NCBI GenBank assembly: GCA_012026655.1
Contig: JAAILG010000309.1
Coordinates: 1 to 64,000, forward strand
Length of the DNA stretch: 64,000 nucleotides
Direction: 5' to 3'
Source: Hydrolagus affinis
Taxonomy: Eukaryota
Position numbers and translations under genes: made by a program. Positions 49,959 to 61,269 of this stretch are shown here, in pieces; within the stretch, counting starts at the first letter, position 1; each line of letters starts with the position of its first letter. The notes beneath the pieces were generated by a model that saw nothing but the letters and a program-made list of their open reading frames with translations, was not told where the DNA came from and made no database searches.

Positions 49959-50100
49959 GTGAAAGTTGACGTCTTGAATGATGGAATACACATCGATAAA
50001 TCTCTCATCTTTAGTGTTCAAGTAATTGACATAAATGATAATAAACCGATTTTCAATCAATCATTCTACACAGTCAATGTTCCTGAAAACACTCCTGTCG
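49959..50100 (+). CDS. CDH26: CDH26 exon 5 (EC1-EC2)
   Basis: VKVDVLNDGIHIDKSLIFSVQVIDINDNKPIFNQSFYTVNVPENTPV, with DxNDN and PEN motifs. Confidence 0.94.
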
Positions 50101-51036
50101 GTAAGAATTTATTCTGAGGCATGTTTTGATAATAATAATAATGCTTGCATTTGTAATTGCACCGTATCTCATCTTCGGGACATCTCAAAACACTTCACAT
50201 AATATACTGGTAAGTGAATTGACTGTATATTCTGTGGACAAAATGCCCACAAAATGTACATAAATTTGAATTGCATTTTGAAAATGTAACTAATTAAAAG
50301 TTCACAAGTTCTGTCTGTGTGAAGAAAGCTTATTTTCTTTTGTTCCACTGTCTTGATACATCTTAAAGTACGGATCAAGGTTTACTTTGGCTATAAAAAG
50401 AACACTTGTTCTAAACTGAACACAAGTAGATTTGTATGAACATACAAGAACAAGGGCGGTCAAAATAGCTGCGCCACTAAACACATTCGTTCTTCATTCA
50501 GGAACCTGTCTCAAATCATTTTGAAATGCAGCACAGCCTCATTACAATACATTTCTTTGTAAAACTCAGATTAAATTGTAAAGTGGTTAAGATGTAGATC
50601 ATATGATCATGAATGCCCACAGCCAGCTGGCATTTTTCCTGCGCACTGACCAACCCGTCGTAGGCCATAAATGTCTGGGTTCCTTGTCATTGGGATTTTG
50701 CCAGCGTCAATTTTGGCTTTGTGCACGTGGCGCACGAAGGAAGTGATACCGGTAGTGACCCAATGACTTAGTTTCCCTTTTACGTAGTGCAGGAGTGAGT
50801 CAGTTAGTTGCATCCATGTACGGTGAAAAACAGCTGTTACGCCTCATTGGATCCAATCACCACATTATACCGGTTCCACTATACTGTGGAAACGCTTTGA
50901 AGCACTTTTCATAGAAATCCGTAACATTTCTCTGTACAATTTGTTGCACATTAAGGGCACATCTCAACATACCCCGGTACTAAGCCTCAATTCTTGTGTT
51001 AAGCCTTGGTAGGGATATTCCAACATAAATAATAAT

Positions 51037-51420
51037 AATCAATCAATCAATCAATACTTACATTTATATAGCGCCTTTCATGTCGAGAGGAGGTCCCAAG
51101 GCGCTGTACAGTTAGGTAGGGACAAGAGCAGATGGGGAGGGGTCGGGGCAGGATGAAGAAGAGTAGGAAAATTGACTGTATACTTGTGGGCAAAACGCGG
51201 CAGCCAAATTGCGCACAGCAGTGTCCCACAAACAGTCATAGAAATAGGATTAGAAGAAAAAGGGGGGAAAGATGGCAAGGGGAGGGTTTGGGGCAGGGGG
51301 AAGGAGAGCAGGAAAGCCGACTGTATATTTGTGGGCGAAACGGGCAGCCAAATTGCGCACAGCAGTGTCCCACAAACAGTCGTGGAAATGAGGCCAGGGG
51401 AGAAAGGGGGAAAAGAGGTA
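51037..51420 (-). mobile_element. Headless dimeric Deu-core element with an L2 3' tail and (ATTG)n end
   Basis: Two Deu cores (about 51172-51245 and 51319-51390) separated by purine-rich spacers, then the L2 tail at 51055-51110. Confidence 0.7.
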
Positions 51421-51574
51421 ATAATAAGTGTACGTTACAAGTGACGAAGGGAAAATAAAAGAAGAAGTTCAAAATGATTGATGCAAATTGTAATTAGAAA
51501 CTTTAACACACTTTCCACATTAAATAATGGCCGCTAACACTGTAAATATTTTGAATATTCTGTGTTTTGATCAG

Positions 51575-51732
51575 ATCAAATTTTTTTCAACGTTACCGCC
51601 ACTGACGCAGATGAGGAAAATACCCCCAATTCGGAAATTTCATATTGGTTGGATCCTGAGGCAACACCATCTAAATATTTTAGCCTTGATCAGTCCGGAT
51701 CATTGAGTCTTAAAACCTGCCTGGATTACAAG
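51575..51732 (+). CDS. CDH26: CDH26 exon 6 (EC2)
   Basis: (D)QIFFNVTATDADEENTPNSEISYWLDPEATPSKYFSLDQSGSLSLKTCLDYK; DEENTPNS and CLDY match CDH26. Confidence 0.94.
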
Positions 51733-52514
51733 GTATAATATTTGTGTGAAGAATAATAATCCTTGCATTTGGTTTCATGTCGAGAGGATGCTTTGAAGCA
51801 CTTCAATGATATGTTGTAAAGTGTAATGACTGTGCATTTTGTGAATGAATTCAGCAGCCAATTGGCAGTCAACAATGTCTCCAAAATATCAATCAGGTGA
51901 ATGAGCAATTTTATTTGGAGGATTGTTTGCAGGGACATTGGGGAGTCACCCCCTAACTCTTTTCAAATAGTACTTTAGGATGTTTGACATCACAGGAGCT
52001 ATACCAAATACAAGCATCATTATTAGAGTAGCTGTACACTGATGTAATATATGTAATACATCCCTACTGTTAATTAGTATTAGAATTGGTTCAATTGTAT
52101 TACTGTATTAAATTCAATATATTAATTTTTATATACTGTATATTATAAATGATATAAACACACCACAACAACTTACACTTATATAGCGTCCTCAACACAG
52201 GAAAGCGCCTTTGAGTGCATAACAGTGGCGGAGACACACACATAATGAAACTAATAAATGTTGTAATTTAATTTAATCTCATGATTTAATCTCAGATATG
52301 TACAGTACATTGAGTTGTACGGAAATTAATCAACTGCCTTGAGCAGTCAAACTTTTGACAAGTCAGTGTTAACAAGTCATTAATTTTACAATCTTATTCG
52401 AAGCGTTCTCCCTCCTTATTATGTTTGTTGACATTTTCAATTTTTTTGATCGAATTAAACATTTGAAGCACAACTTTTGTTCACTGTTCTAAATTGGAAT
52501 CGTTTATGTTTTAG

Positions 52515-52643
52515 AAGGAGAAATCTTACACTATTATTGTTCATGCAAGCGACAATGGAAGTCCAAAGTTGTCCTCCTCCACAATTGTGCACATTAACGT
52601 TCGAATGGCTAATAAGCATCTCCCCGTTTTTACACAAACCAGT
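52515..52643 (+). CDS. CDH26: CDH26 exon 7 (end of EC2)
   Basis: KEKSYTIIVHASDNGSPKLSSSTIVHINVRMANKHLPVFTQTS|gtgagt. Confidence 0.92.
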
Positions 52644-52810
52644 GTGAGTATTTCTTTCTATGCACGTTGTTGTAATCGTGTCCTGCTAGATATAACATAT
52701 TTATTATTCCACTCTTCCATTAAGGTCCTATTCGTACCAAGGTTTACCTGCTCATTCTCCCTGTGTCTACAAATGTTGAGTCTCTAACACTGGCTTATCG
52801 CAATCTTTAG

Positions 52811-52996
52811 TTTACAGGTAAAGTTTCTGAAAACAATACAAATGTGGTTATAGTAAGGTTAAGCATTACTGATGCTGACATGCCCAGTACACCAGCCTGG
52901 CGGGCGAAGTATAGAATAGTGGAAGGCAATGAAAGAGGATTCTACAAGATTGAAACTGATACAGAATCGAATGATGGAATTCTAACCCTTATAAAG
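52811..52996 (+). CDS. CDH26: CDH26 exon 8 (EC3)
   Basis: FTGKVSENNTNVVIVRLSITDADMPSTPAWRAKYRIVEGNERGFYKIETDTESNDGILTLIK. Confidence 0.94.
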
Positions 52997-53132
52997 GTAA
53001 GCATTTAAGTTGTGGGTGGTTTTTAATTTATTGTCAAATAAAATAACAGCCAATGACTCCTGACCAATTCTGGAGTTCGGCAATTGTGAAAAGGGAATCG
53101 TAGAAAAATTGGTTTCACAATTGAGGCTGCAT

Positions 53133-53406
53133 TTCAGTCTCTCTGCCCCCCACACTCCGGAACTCCATCTTGTATTCCCTTTGCCTTGCTTCCTCCCTTT
53201 CCTCCTTCAAGGCCGGTCTCAAGACCTTCCCCTTCGACCGCGCCTTCTGCTGCCCTCCTAACTCTCCCCCCTTTCCTACTCTCCGTCCCACCTCCCCTTC
53301 CCCGACTCTTCCCCACCCTGACTGTTCAGCGCCTTGGAACGTCCTCCCGACGTGAAAGGCGCTTTATAAATGTATTTTTGTTGCTCTTTTGTTGTTGTTG
53401 TTGTTG
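53133..53406 (+). mobile_element. L2 3' fragment
   Basis: SSFKAGLKTFPFDRAF motif, L2 tail and (GTT)n. Confidence 0.85.
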
Positions 53407-54102
53407 CATTTAAGAATTTGTCCAATTCTTTTCCTGGCTAACGATCCCCAATTGAAGTGGATCATTCACTTTGCGGCTGTTTGCGGGGCATTGCTGTGAA
53501 TGGTGTGCCGTACGCGCTTCGAGATGTAGGCCCACATGAAAGGTGCTCCGTTCCTGCAAGTTGCTCTTGTCGTTAGCAAAATTGGATGTTGCGTTTACTT
53601 ACAAATACACAGACTCTTCACTTTTACAGTAGTTCCTGAGATGTTTTGCTGATGCAATCAGCGAGGATTATTACTGGTTTTAATTCTGGATGGATACTTT
53701 AAAATGCTACATAAATAAGAATAAGTCTAGACCTGGGGGGGTGGTGGGGGGAATGTCAGAATTTGGATGTCCAAAACTGAGCTTCCTGTCCAGCAACTAA
53801 TCTGGGTTGGAAGGTGGTAGAAGGAAATTCAGTTGGATGACTGATGGAAAGTTCACTGCAAACGCACTCAGCTCAATAGTCATATTCCCAAGCTTCAAAT
53901 GAAAATAGCCAAGTAGATAGCAATATCATATGAAGTAGGAGAGCTGGTGAACAAATGTGTTTACCAGTGAAAAAGTAAAGGGTATTCCCTCTGTTGGGGT
54001 TAACATCTACCCGCCTGGGTACATTGGGGAAAGAAAAAGCCTTTACCATCAGCTGGTTTAGCTGATCACACTCAGTGCGGATATATTCTTATCTATTTAC
54101 AG

Positions 54103-54362
54103 CATTTGGATTTTGAAGCTGGTGAACTCGGTCAACTGAAGATTGCGGTTGATAATGAAGAACCTTATCGGACTTGTCGACGTATGTCAAGGAAAGCAAT
54201 TGATTTCGCACGTGTAACAGTCACTGTGGACGATGCGAATGATGCCCCTGTAGTCATCCCTCCGCAAGCACGTGTAGTCAGAGAGGAAGGTCTCAGCCCG
54301 GGAAATAAATTGTTTCAATTTACTGCCAGGGATCCCGATAAATTATTTAAAAATAAAATCAG
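54103..54362 (+). CDS. CDH26: CDH26 exon 9 (EC3-EC4)
   Basis: HLDFEAGELGQLKIAVDNEEPYRTCRR...VTVDDANDAPVVIP...REEGLSPG...ARDPDKLFKNKI(R). Confidence 0.94.
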
Positions 54363-54680
54363 GTAAGAAAGAGCAAACAAATGTGTGTCAAACAATTTTG
54401 AACAAGCGTATTCATATTAGAAGGCTGACATTTTGGGGGGGTGGGGGGGTGGGGGGGGGGAGCCACAGCAGACGCAGCCTCTGAATGGCCTCCTGTGCGG
54501 TAAGATTGTATGATCCTATGATTTAATATTCATCACAAATCACACCATGCAACACGATGAATATCTCTACCAGTGCACGTGAACCTATGGATGATTACTC
54601 AGTGAGGAGGGACAAGTCACTCTCTGTGAATTGCGTGCTGTGGGGGCAAAGTGATTTGACAATTGACTTTTGTTTGAAAG

Positions 54681-54826
54681 GTTTGTCATCGGGTACGATC
54701 CCGAGAGTTGGGTTACCGTGGACCCAGAGACGGGTGTGGTGACCAACATCAACGTGCTGGACCGAGAATCGTCCCATGTGAACGGGAGTGGGTTTTATAA
54801 AGTCATTGTGCATGCAGTTGACAATG
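54681..54826 (+). CDS. CDH26: CDH26 exon 10 (EC4)
   Basis: FVIGYDPESWVTVDPETGVVTNINVLDRESSHVNGSGFYKVIVHAVDN. Confidence 0.95.
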
Positions 54827-54861
54827 GTAAGTTCCTACTGTCTTTAATGTGATTTAGCGGC

Positions 54862-55163
54862 GTCCCGTGGCTCAGTGCAGTCGCCTCGCGAGTGAGAAAG
54901 CTGGGTTCAATTCCCAGCAGGGAAAACCCTTGGGAAATTCTCTTTATTCCACATGCCTGACAATAATCCCTCCAAGAACAAACAGTAATAAATTGGTCGC
55001 TTCAATCCACGCGACTGTTGTAAGATGCTGCTGTGCACAATTGACTGGCTCGTTTCGCCCCCACAAATATGCAGTCAATTCACCTTGCTGTATATTCTGT
55101 GAAGCGCTTGGAGACATCTAGAAGATGTGAAAAGTGCTATATCAAATGCAAGGATTATTATTA
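54862..55163 (+). mobile_element. tRNA-Deu-L2 SINE (diverged)
   Basis: Family consensus with a small deletion in the head. Confidence 0.82.
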
Positions 55164-55724
55164 GTGTCTATTAAATTAAATGAAATGCTTGTGTGATTTT
55201 TCACGTTTCAAATTTAAATGGTGGTTCGACTGGATGAAGCTGTGGTCTGAAGCGATGAAGTTGATTGCCTTGGGATGTCCTCTGGACGTGAATGGCGCAA
55301 TACAAATTTAAATTGTTGTTTTTGGTAAGGATGTGAGAAAGACAATGGAATCACTTCTAGCAGCAAGAGTCACGTGCAACCAGTTGAGCATTTAGAGACA
55401 AACCTACTTTGCTCAGGACAACAAGAATTTAACCTTAAAAGACCGGGTAACACTGGGTTCCTTAAATAAATGCTCAATTTTCCTTTTTTCTTCTTTGAAG
55501 TTTGCAAACGAATATGTTTCGGAAGCAAACAACTTCAAAGTTGCGCCTGAGTTCGACAATTTGCCAAATTCTGGAGGCTCTAAAATACAAATTCAAGAGA
55601 GTAATTCAGGACCTGTTTGGAATTTCTACCCTTTGATTTCTGAACTGTGTCGTCAATTAGAGCCAAAAACCATCAAGCGTCCATTTAACACAGAGGCTGT
55701 GTTAATCCCTTTCTCTCTCTCCAG

Positions 55725-55949
55725 CTACACCTCCATTAACAGGGACCGGCGTTTTGAATATTTTGCTGGATGACATTAATGACAACAAGCCGTACTTGGT
55801 ATCTTCGAAAGAAACGATGTGTGATGAAGGAGACATGTGGGCTGTCACTCTGAAAGCAGCAGATAGTGACTTGCCTCCATTCAGTAGCCCATTTACCTTT
55901 GAGCTTTTGGACAATGCAAAGGAGAAATGGAAATTGGGAAAAACGACCG
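55725..55949 (+). CDS. CDH26: CDH26 exon 11 (EC4-EC5)
   Basis: (A)TPPLTGTGVLNILLDDINDNKPYL...CDEGDM...ADSDLPPFSSPFTFELLDNAKEKWKLGKTT. Confidence 0.95.
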
Positions 55950-56263
55950 GTGAGTTGTAACGCATTGACTTTGCTCAGATTTAATTGATACCCGAGCCTC
56001 AGACAAGTTTGAATAGTCAACCAATTGGATGAACAGTCATTCAACGCCTCCCTTTCTTTGCCTGCCCTAAGACCTATCTTTTCAACCACATCCCCCTCTC
56101 TCGGGTGTCCAGTCATCTAGTAAAGCACTTTGATACATCTTGCCATTGTGAACCCATTGTTGTTGAAATAACTTCGCAGAAATACATCATATGTGATGCA
56201 TCTGTACTTAGTCACGTGCAAGCAACCTAAAATTTATCAAATGTATTTTGTTTGTCACATCAG

Positions 56264-56485
56264 ATAAAACTGTTGAATTGATGAGGATTTCAAAAGTTGT
56301 CATTGGAAATTACACCATACCTTTAAATATACGTGATCAACAAGGCTTGGGTAAAGAGAGCATTCTAAACCTACATGTCTGTCATTGTGACCATAAAAAC
56401 ACCTGTCCTGGTGCAATGACCCCAACAGCTATCTTGGGAACTTCTGCGATAATTGCTCTCTTTGCTGGCATCTTGGTTTTACTAA
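56264..56485 (+). CDS. CDH26: CDH26 exon 12 (EC5 and start of transmembrane helix)
   Basis: (D)KTVELMRISKVVIGNYTIPLNIRDQQGLGKESILNLHVCHCDHKNTC...ILGTSAIIALFAGILVLL. Confidence 0.94.
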
Positions 56486-56674
56486 GTAAGTATACGCAGT
56501 CATGGGCGCAAACATTACAGGGACTCTGCGGGAAATAGTTTTGTAATTTTTTTTCAAACTAATTAAACACAAATTGAATATTATGTTTAAAGTTCTTTTA
56601 ATCGCACTCCCCCCACCACCACCCACCCTCACCCCCTCCTACACATAGCTTCAGCCCCATAATTGTTAGCTCAT

Positions 56675-56912
56675 ATTCTAGACTGCCACTCCAGTGCAGT
56701 GCTGGCAGAGAGTTGCATTGTTGCAGATGCTATCTATCAGATGAGGTGTTAAATCGAGGCCCTGTCTGCCTGTTCAGGGGATATTAAAGAGCTCACATTA
56801 CTACTCGAAAAGAGAAAGGCGTTTCTCCTGGTGTCCTAGGCAACAATTTTTCAGCTGAAATTGTTTTTCACTTCAAAGCTGTTTGATGGACATTGTGGTC
56901 GCAAATTGTCCA
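56675..56912 (+). mobile_element. Old long-Deu SINE (SacSINE1/AmnSINE1-like)
   Basis: ACTCCAGTGCAGT...GATGAGGTGTTAAATCGAGGCCCTGTCTGCCTGTTCAGG...CTCCTGGTGTCCTAGGCAAC, the extended Deu domain. Confidence 0.75.
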
Positions 56913-57219
56913 CTGGACAAACAATCCAGCAATCCAGATTCCCATTTGGATTCAATCATAGAAAAACCTATTAGTAATCACACACTATTAATGTTCTTTT
57001 AAATGAAACCCTTTTTAATTAAAAAAATTGCAGTAAATGTTTTGTTGAATAATTCACAATTTTAATTTGCAGTGTTATTTCCTGCATAATGCAATGTTTT
57101 CTACAGAACTTAACATGTTTATTTTTTCTGTCGAAAAATTTATTTCGAATGCAACTTGTGGGAAAAGGCAATAAAGAATGGTTCTAATTCACCTTGTCTC
57201 TCTTTTTTTTAAAAAAAAG

Positions 57220-57338
57220 TTGGTACCTGTTTGCTCTTCCTCATGGATGAAAAGCACTTTGAGCCAATGTATGACAACCAGGAACTCAAAACCTCACTAC
57301 GAATGTATAATGAAGAAGCAGGGTGCTCTGAGGATAAC
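57220..57338 (+). CDS. CDH26: CDH26 exon 13 (end of TM and juxtamembrane region)
   Basis: (I)GTCLLFLMDEKHFEPMYDNQELKTSLRMYNEEAGCSEDN|gtaagt; YNEEAG resembles the p120-binding YDEEGG motif. The acceptor is unusual (T8A8G). Confidence 0.8.
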
Positions 57339-57489
57339 GTAAGTGACTTCACAACACTTAAAACAATCTGATTTACTTGGAACAGCACACATATTTGTTA
57401 AACTATGTAATAAATGGGGAGAAATGACACACGCATTGAGCTTTAGCCAATGAATATTCATATAGTACTTTTCATGACCATGGAGGAAA

Positions 57490-57937
57490 TCTCAAAGCAC
57501 TTCACAATGCTGGATATGCACCAGAGCTGGATGGGCACAGTAGCCAAGGTGGGTGGAGAGGGGAAAGATGACCAAGAGGATGATCAAAAATCCATATTTT
57601 AAGACATGCCTTGAAAGTGGGGAGCGAGGGATTGGGTTGGAGGGACTCCAGTTCTGCAGAGCAGCAGCAGAATGGCTGAACGCCCTGGCAGCGCAAATCC
57701 TTGGGAAAGTTTCCTCACTCCACATGCTTAACAATAATCCCTCGAAATAAAACAACAATAATTTTGTCACTAAATCCACGACTGTTTGTGGGACATTGCT
57801 ATACAGTACGCAATTGGCTGCTGCGTTTTGCCCACAAATATACAGTCAATTCACTTTGCAGCATATTCTGTGAAGCGTTTTGTGACCTCTAGAAGATGTG
57901 GAAAGCACTATGTCAAATGCCACGATGATTATTATTA
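57490..57937. mobile_element. L2 fragment (minus) joined head-to-head to a truncated SINE (plus)
   Basis: RAFSHSAAALQNW and PTFKACLK motifs on the minus strand up to about 57690; SINE body from about 57692. Confidence 0.75.
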
Positions 57938-58485
57938 AATTCTGTACGCTTCAAAGTTCTTTAAAGCTACACCAGGTATTTTTTCCCTGCACAATGAATT
58001 TGCCTTTTCGGTGAAAGTTGGTGAAATTTATTATATTTTTGAGGCAGTAACCCACTTAGTTAAGTCACACCCTTAATTCGTAAGACAATTTGTATTACTA
58101 TCAATAATTCATTTCCACTATGTCAGGGATTTTAATGAAACAACAACCACAACAATAACAAAATTATACTTGTATTGCGCCTTTCCCGTCAGGAGGACGT
58201 CCCAAGGCGCTGGACAGTCATTATTTCAGATTGCAAAATCCACAAAGAGGATGTATGTTAGCTGTTTCAGTTAACAATGATCAAACTGGGGTGTTATTTG
58301 CAGTTATTGTGTTTTTGATGCAGAATTATAGCTCAAAATTCTAACCAAACTGGTCTTTGCTTTTTATTTTGCACATGAGCCTCTGCATCTCCTATTCCAC
58401 TCTTAGTATTTTGTCTCTTATATCTGCGTCAAGTGTGTTCAATGCATTTTGCATTAATTTTTCAATTTTTGCATTGTAATTTCAG

Positions 58486-58575
58486 ACCATTATTTTCAAA
58501 GCTATTTCACAGACAAAGGGAGAGAGTGGAGCTGGGAACCCAAGTCAGTCTGGGTCACAGATGAGCCAATATAAA
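58486..58575 (+). CDS. CDH26: CDH26 exon 14 (cytoplasmic, low complexity)
   Basis: ttcag|TIIFKAISQTKGESGAGNPSQSGSQMSQYK|gtaagt; 90 bp, phase 0-0. Confidence 0.7.
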
Positions 58576-59054
58576 GTAAGTACGTAGTTAATGTCTTTAA
58601 CATCTCTCCTCTAAAAGACACGAAGAGCTGCTAAAGAATATATTTCACCTACTCGAAATAAATGCAACTTTCAGATACATTAATATTATTGTTGTGAATA
58701 ATCAGTTAATATTTGTATTGGTGCAAAATTGGAAACTTGATGTCTCTTTAAACATGTTTTAATTTGTCTCCGTGCCACATTGTTTATACAGTACATCTTA
58801 CTGGCTTGATACCTGACGTTTGAGCTCAATCTCAGATCCACACAATAAAAGTTATACCCTCACATTTAGCTCATATTGCAGACATGTATTTCCAGGTCTT
58901 AGTATAAATATTTTAAATAAGTCTGAATAAAGCTATTCAAATTCAGTTTCAGTTCAGCCCAATGACATATGGTAAGTTTGGGACAGATTAGCCCTTTAGA
59001 GTTTTGGTATTGTTTATCTTAAATAATAGTAATCCTTGCATTTGGTACAGCATG

Positions 59055-59518
59055 TCCTCCGCTCCAAGCTCTGCAACCTTCCCCATTCTCATCTGACAAC
59101 ATTTGCTCTCCATCACTCAGAGGATTCAATTCAAGATCCTGGTCCTCCCTCAACTTCAAAGCCCTCCATGGCTTCGCTGTAACCTATATTTTCGACCTCC
59201 TAATCCTGTACTACCTGCCCATTCCCTCCTCTCATCAGGCAGGAGCCTCATCAGTGAGCAAGAACGTCAGCCACTCTGTCCCTAACCTCTGAAATTCCAT
59301 CCCACAATCCCTCCGCCTCACCCCCTCCCTAGCCTCCATCAAGTCCCGTCTCAAGACCCTCCTCTTCGATGGATCCATCAGTCACCCCAATTCGCCTCCT
59401 TTCCCTCCACCCTCCCTGATCCCGACCCCAGCTTGGGTCTGAAACATTGACTGTCCAGTGCCTTGGGACACCCTCCCAATATGACAGGCGCTATATAAAT
59501 AGAATTTGTTGTTGTTGT
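59055..59518 (+). mobile_element. L2 3' fragment
   Basis: ITQRIQFKILVL motif, L2 tail and (GTT)n. Confidence 0.85.
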
Positions 59519-59744
59519 AGCATATTTCTCATCACGGGGATGTTAAAACCACTTCACTACATTTACTATGAAGAGCACTCGATAGCGTTGAGGAATTGTG
59601 ATGGTTTATCCATATATCTTTTTGTCTAAGTATTAATGAGACTTTCTCATTGATGTGCATTCCCATACAAATGAATCAATGGTTGTTCTTGTCTGAGCCC
59701 ACGCCCGTCTCCAAAACCTAATTGTCACTGTTGCATGTGTTGAC

Positions 59745-60092
59745 TGAGGTTTTTAAAATAATAAAGGGTGTAATAGGGTGGATGCAGAGCAATTATTTTC
59801 TCTGGTGGGGGAATGCAAACAGGGCATCATCTTAAAATTAGCGCTAGGCCGTTTAGAAGTGAAATTAGGAGGCAGTTTTTCACCCAAAGGATAATGGAAA
59901 TCTGGAACTCTCCCAAATGGCTGTGGATGTTGGATCCATTCACATTTTCAGGTCGAAGGTCAGCGAATTAAGGATTATGGGATAAGGGTAGCTAAGTGGA
60001 CTTGAGGTACAGATCAGCTATGATCTTATAACACGGTGGAATAGACTTGAAAGGTTGACTAGCCTAGTGTTTTTTCTATCTTTTCTATGTTA
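59745..60092 (+). mobile_element. CR1 3' fragment
   Basis: GGGCATCATCTTAAAATTAG...TTTTCACCCAAAGG...TGGAACTCTC...GATCAGCTATGATC, then a TTCTATG tail. Confidence 0.75.
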
Positions 60093-60379
60093 TGAATAAT
60101 TCTATATTACATGATGCATACGTGTGTATGTGTGTGCGTGTTCTTTGAGACATCCTTCTGACATGAAAAGCACTTTACCAAACACAAGGATTACCATTAT
60201 TATAAGTTACAATTCTGCCACTTTGGTGGACATTTTCACTCCTAGAACAAACTGTCTGTTTCTAAATGCATCAATGTTTAGTTCTAACGAATCAAGCGTT
60301 TATAATAATCTGTCCTCTGGAGGGCGCTTCCTGCTCACCTAATTGAAGAGAGCAAAATCCAATGTTGGGGAAACGTGTA

Positions 60380-60590
60380 TATATATAAATGGGTGAAACG
60401 TGGCAGCCAATTGTGCACAGCAGTGCCCCACAAACAGTCGTGGATTGAAATTACCAATTTATTATTGAGGGATTATTATCAGGTGTGCGGAGTAAGGAAA
60501 TTTGCCCAATGTTTCACCCTGCTGGGAATCTAACCCAGGCCTCTCACTTGCAAGGCAAGTGTTCTAACCATTGAGCTACAGGATTCCCAC
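60380..60590 (-). mobile_element. tRNA-Deu SINE lacking the tail
   Basis: Head and core on the minus strand. Confidence 0.85.
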
Positions 60591-60977
60591 TCCCGCAAGG
60601 ATCGAAGTCCGAAGTCATCTAAACATGAAAGATCATTAATGCTACATGTGACAGACTGTCCATCATTTACCAAGACAAACAAGTGTTTCATCAAAAGATA
60701 CCAGGAAACTTTTCCTTCCTGCATGTATCTAGGATTTGAGTGATGAATCTCATAGGTCTAAGCAAAATTCACCATATATCCGATATTAATTAATATGGCT
60801 TCTACTCACCCAAGTTGAACTTATAAAATGGCGGAATAGATTTGAGTGACTGAATAGCCTACTCTTGTTTCTATATTTCTATGCTATCAATAATTCTGTA
60901 TTATATAATGCATATGTGTGTGTAGGGGGGGATGTGCACATGTCTAATATAAAAAAAAATTAAATCTGTACTATCAG

Positions 60978-61058
60978 AATTCGAGATCTAATCAAACAGG
61001 AATAGTGGTAATCAAGAAAAACAGTTCAACTGATATCAACAATGCTTGGAGAAAATCT
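60978..61058 (+). CDS. CDH26: CDH26 cytoplasmic exon A, copy 1
   Basis: cag|NSRSNQTGIVVIKKNSSTDINNAWRKS|gtaagt; 81 bp, phase 0-0. Confidence 0.65.
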
Positions 61059-61269
61059 GTAAGTAATTATTTCCCTCTCTCCATTTAGACTGTTCTATAG
61101 AAGTAGAATAAATTTCAAGTTATAATGTTGGTACCACTGTAATGTAATTGTTTCCAAAGTACAATGTAGCATTTAACTAAATGCATTATGTTGCTCAGAG
61201 AAGTGTGTCTGGTTTAAAAAGTAGGACAAAACATTTACTGAATTCTTGATTTTGTGTCAAAAGTATTAT

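Noticed and set aside
58882-58977. Possible extra CDH26 exon ending at a strong G|GTAAGT donor (58971)
   Set aside because: The phase-0 frame needed to join the neighbouring exons contains stops (TAG, TGA), and the shorter acceptors give phase 1 or 2 ends with no partner exon. At most a pseudo-exon or poison exon.
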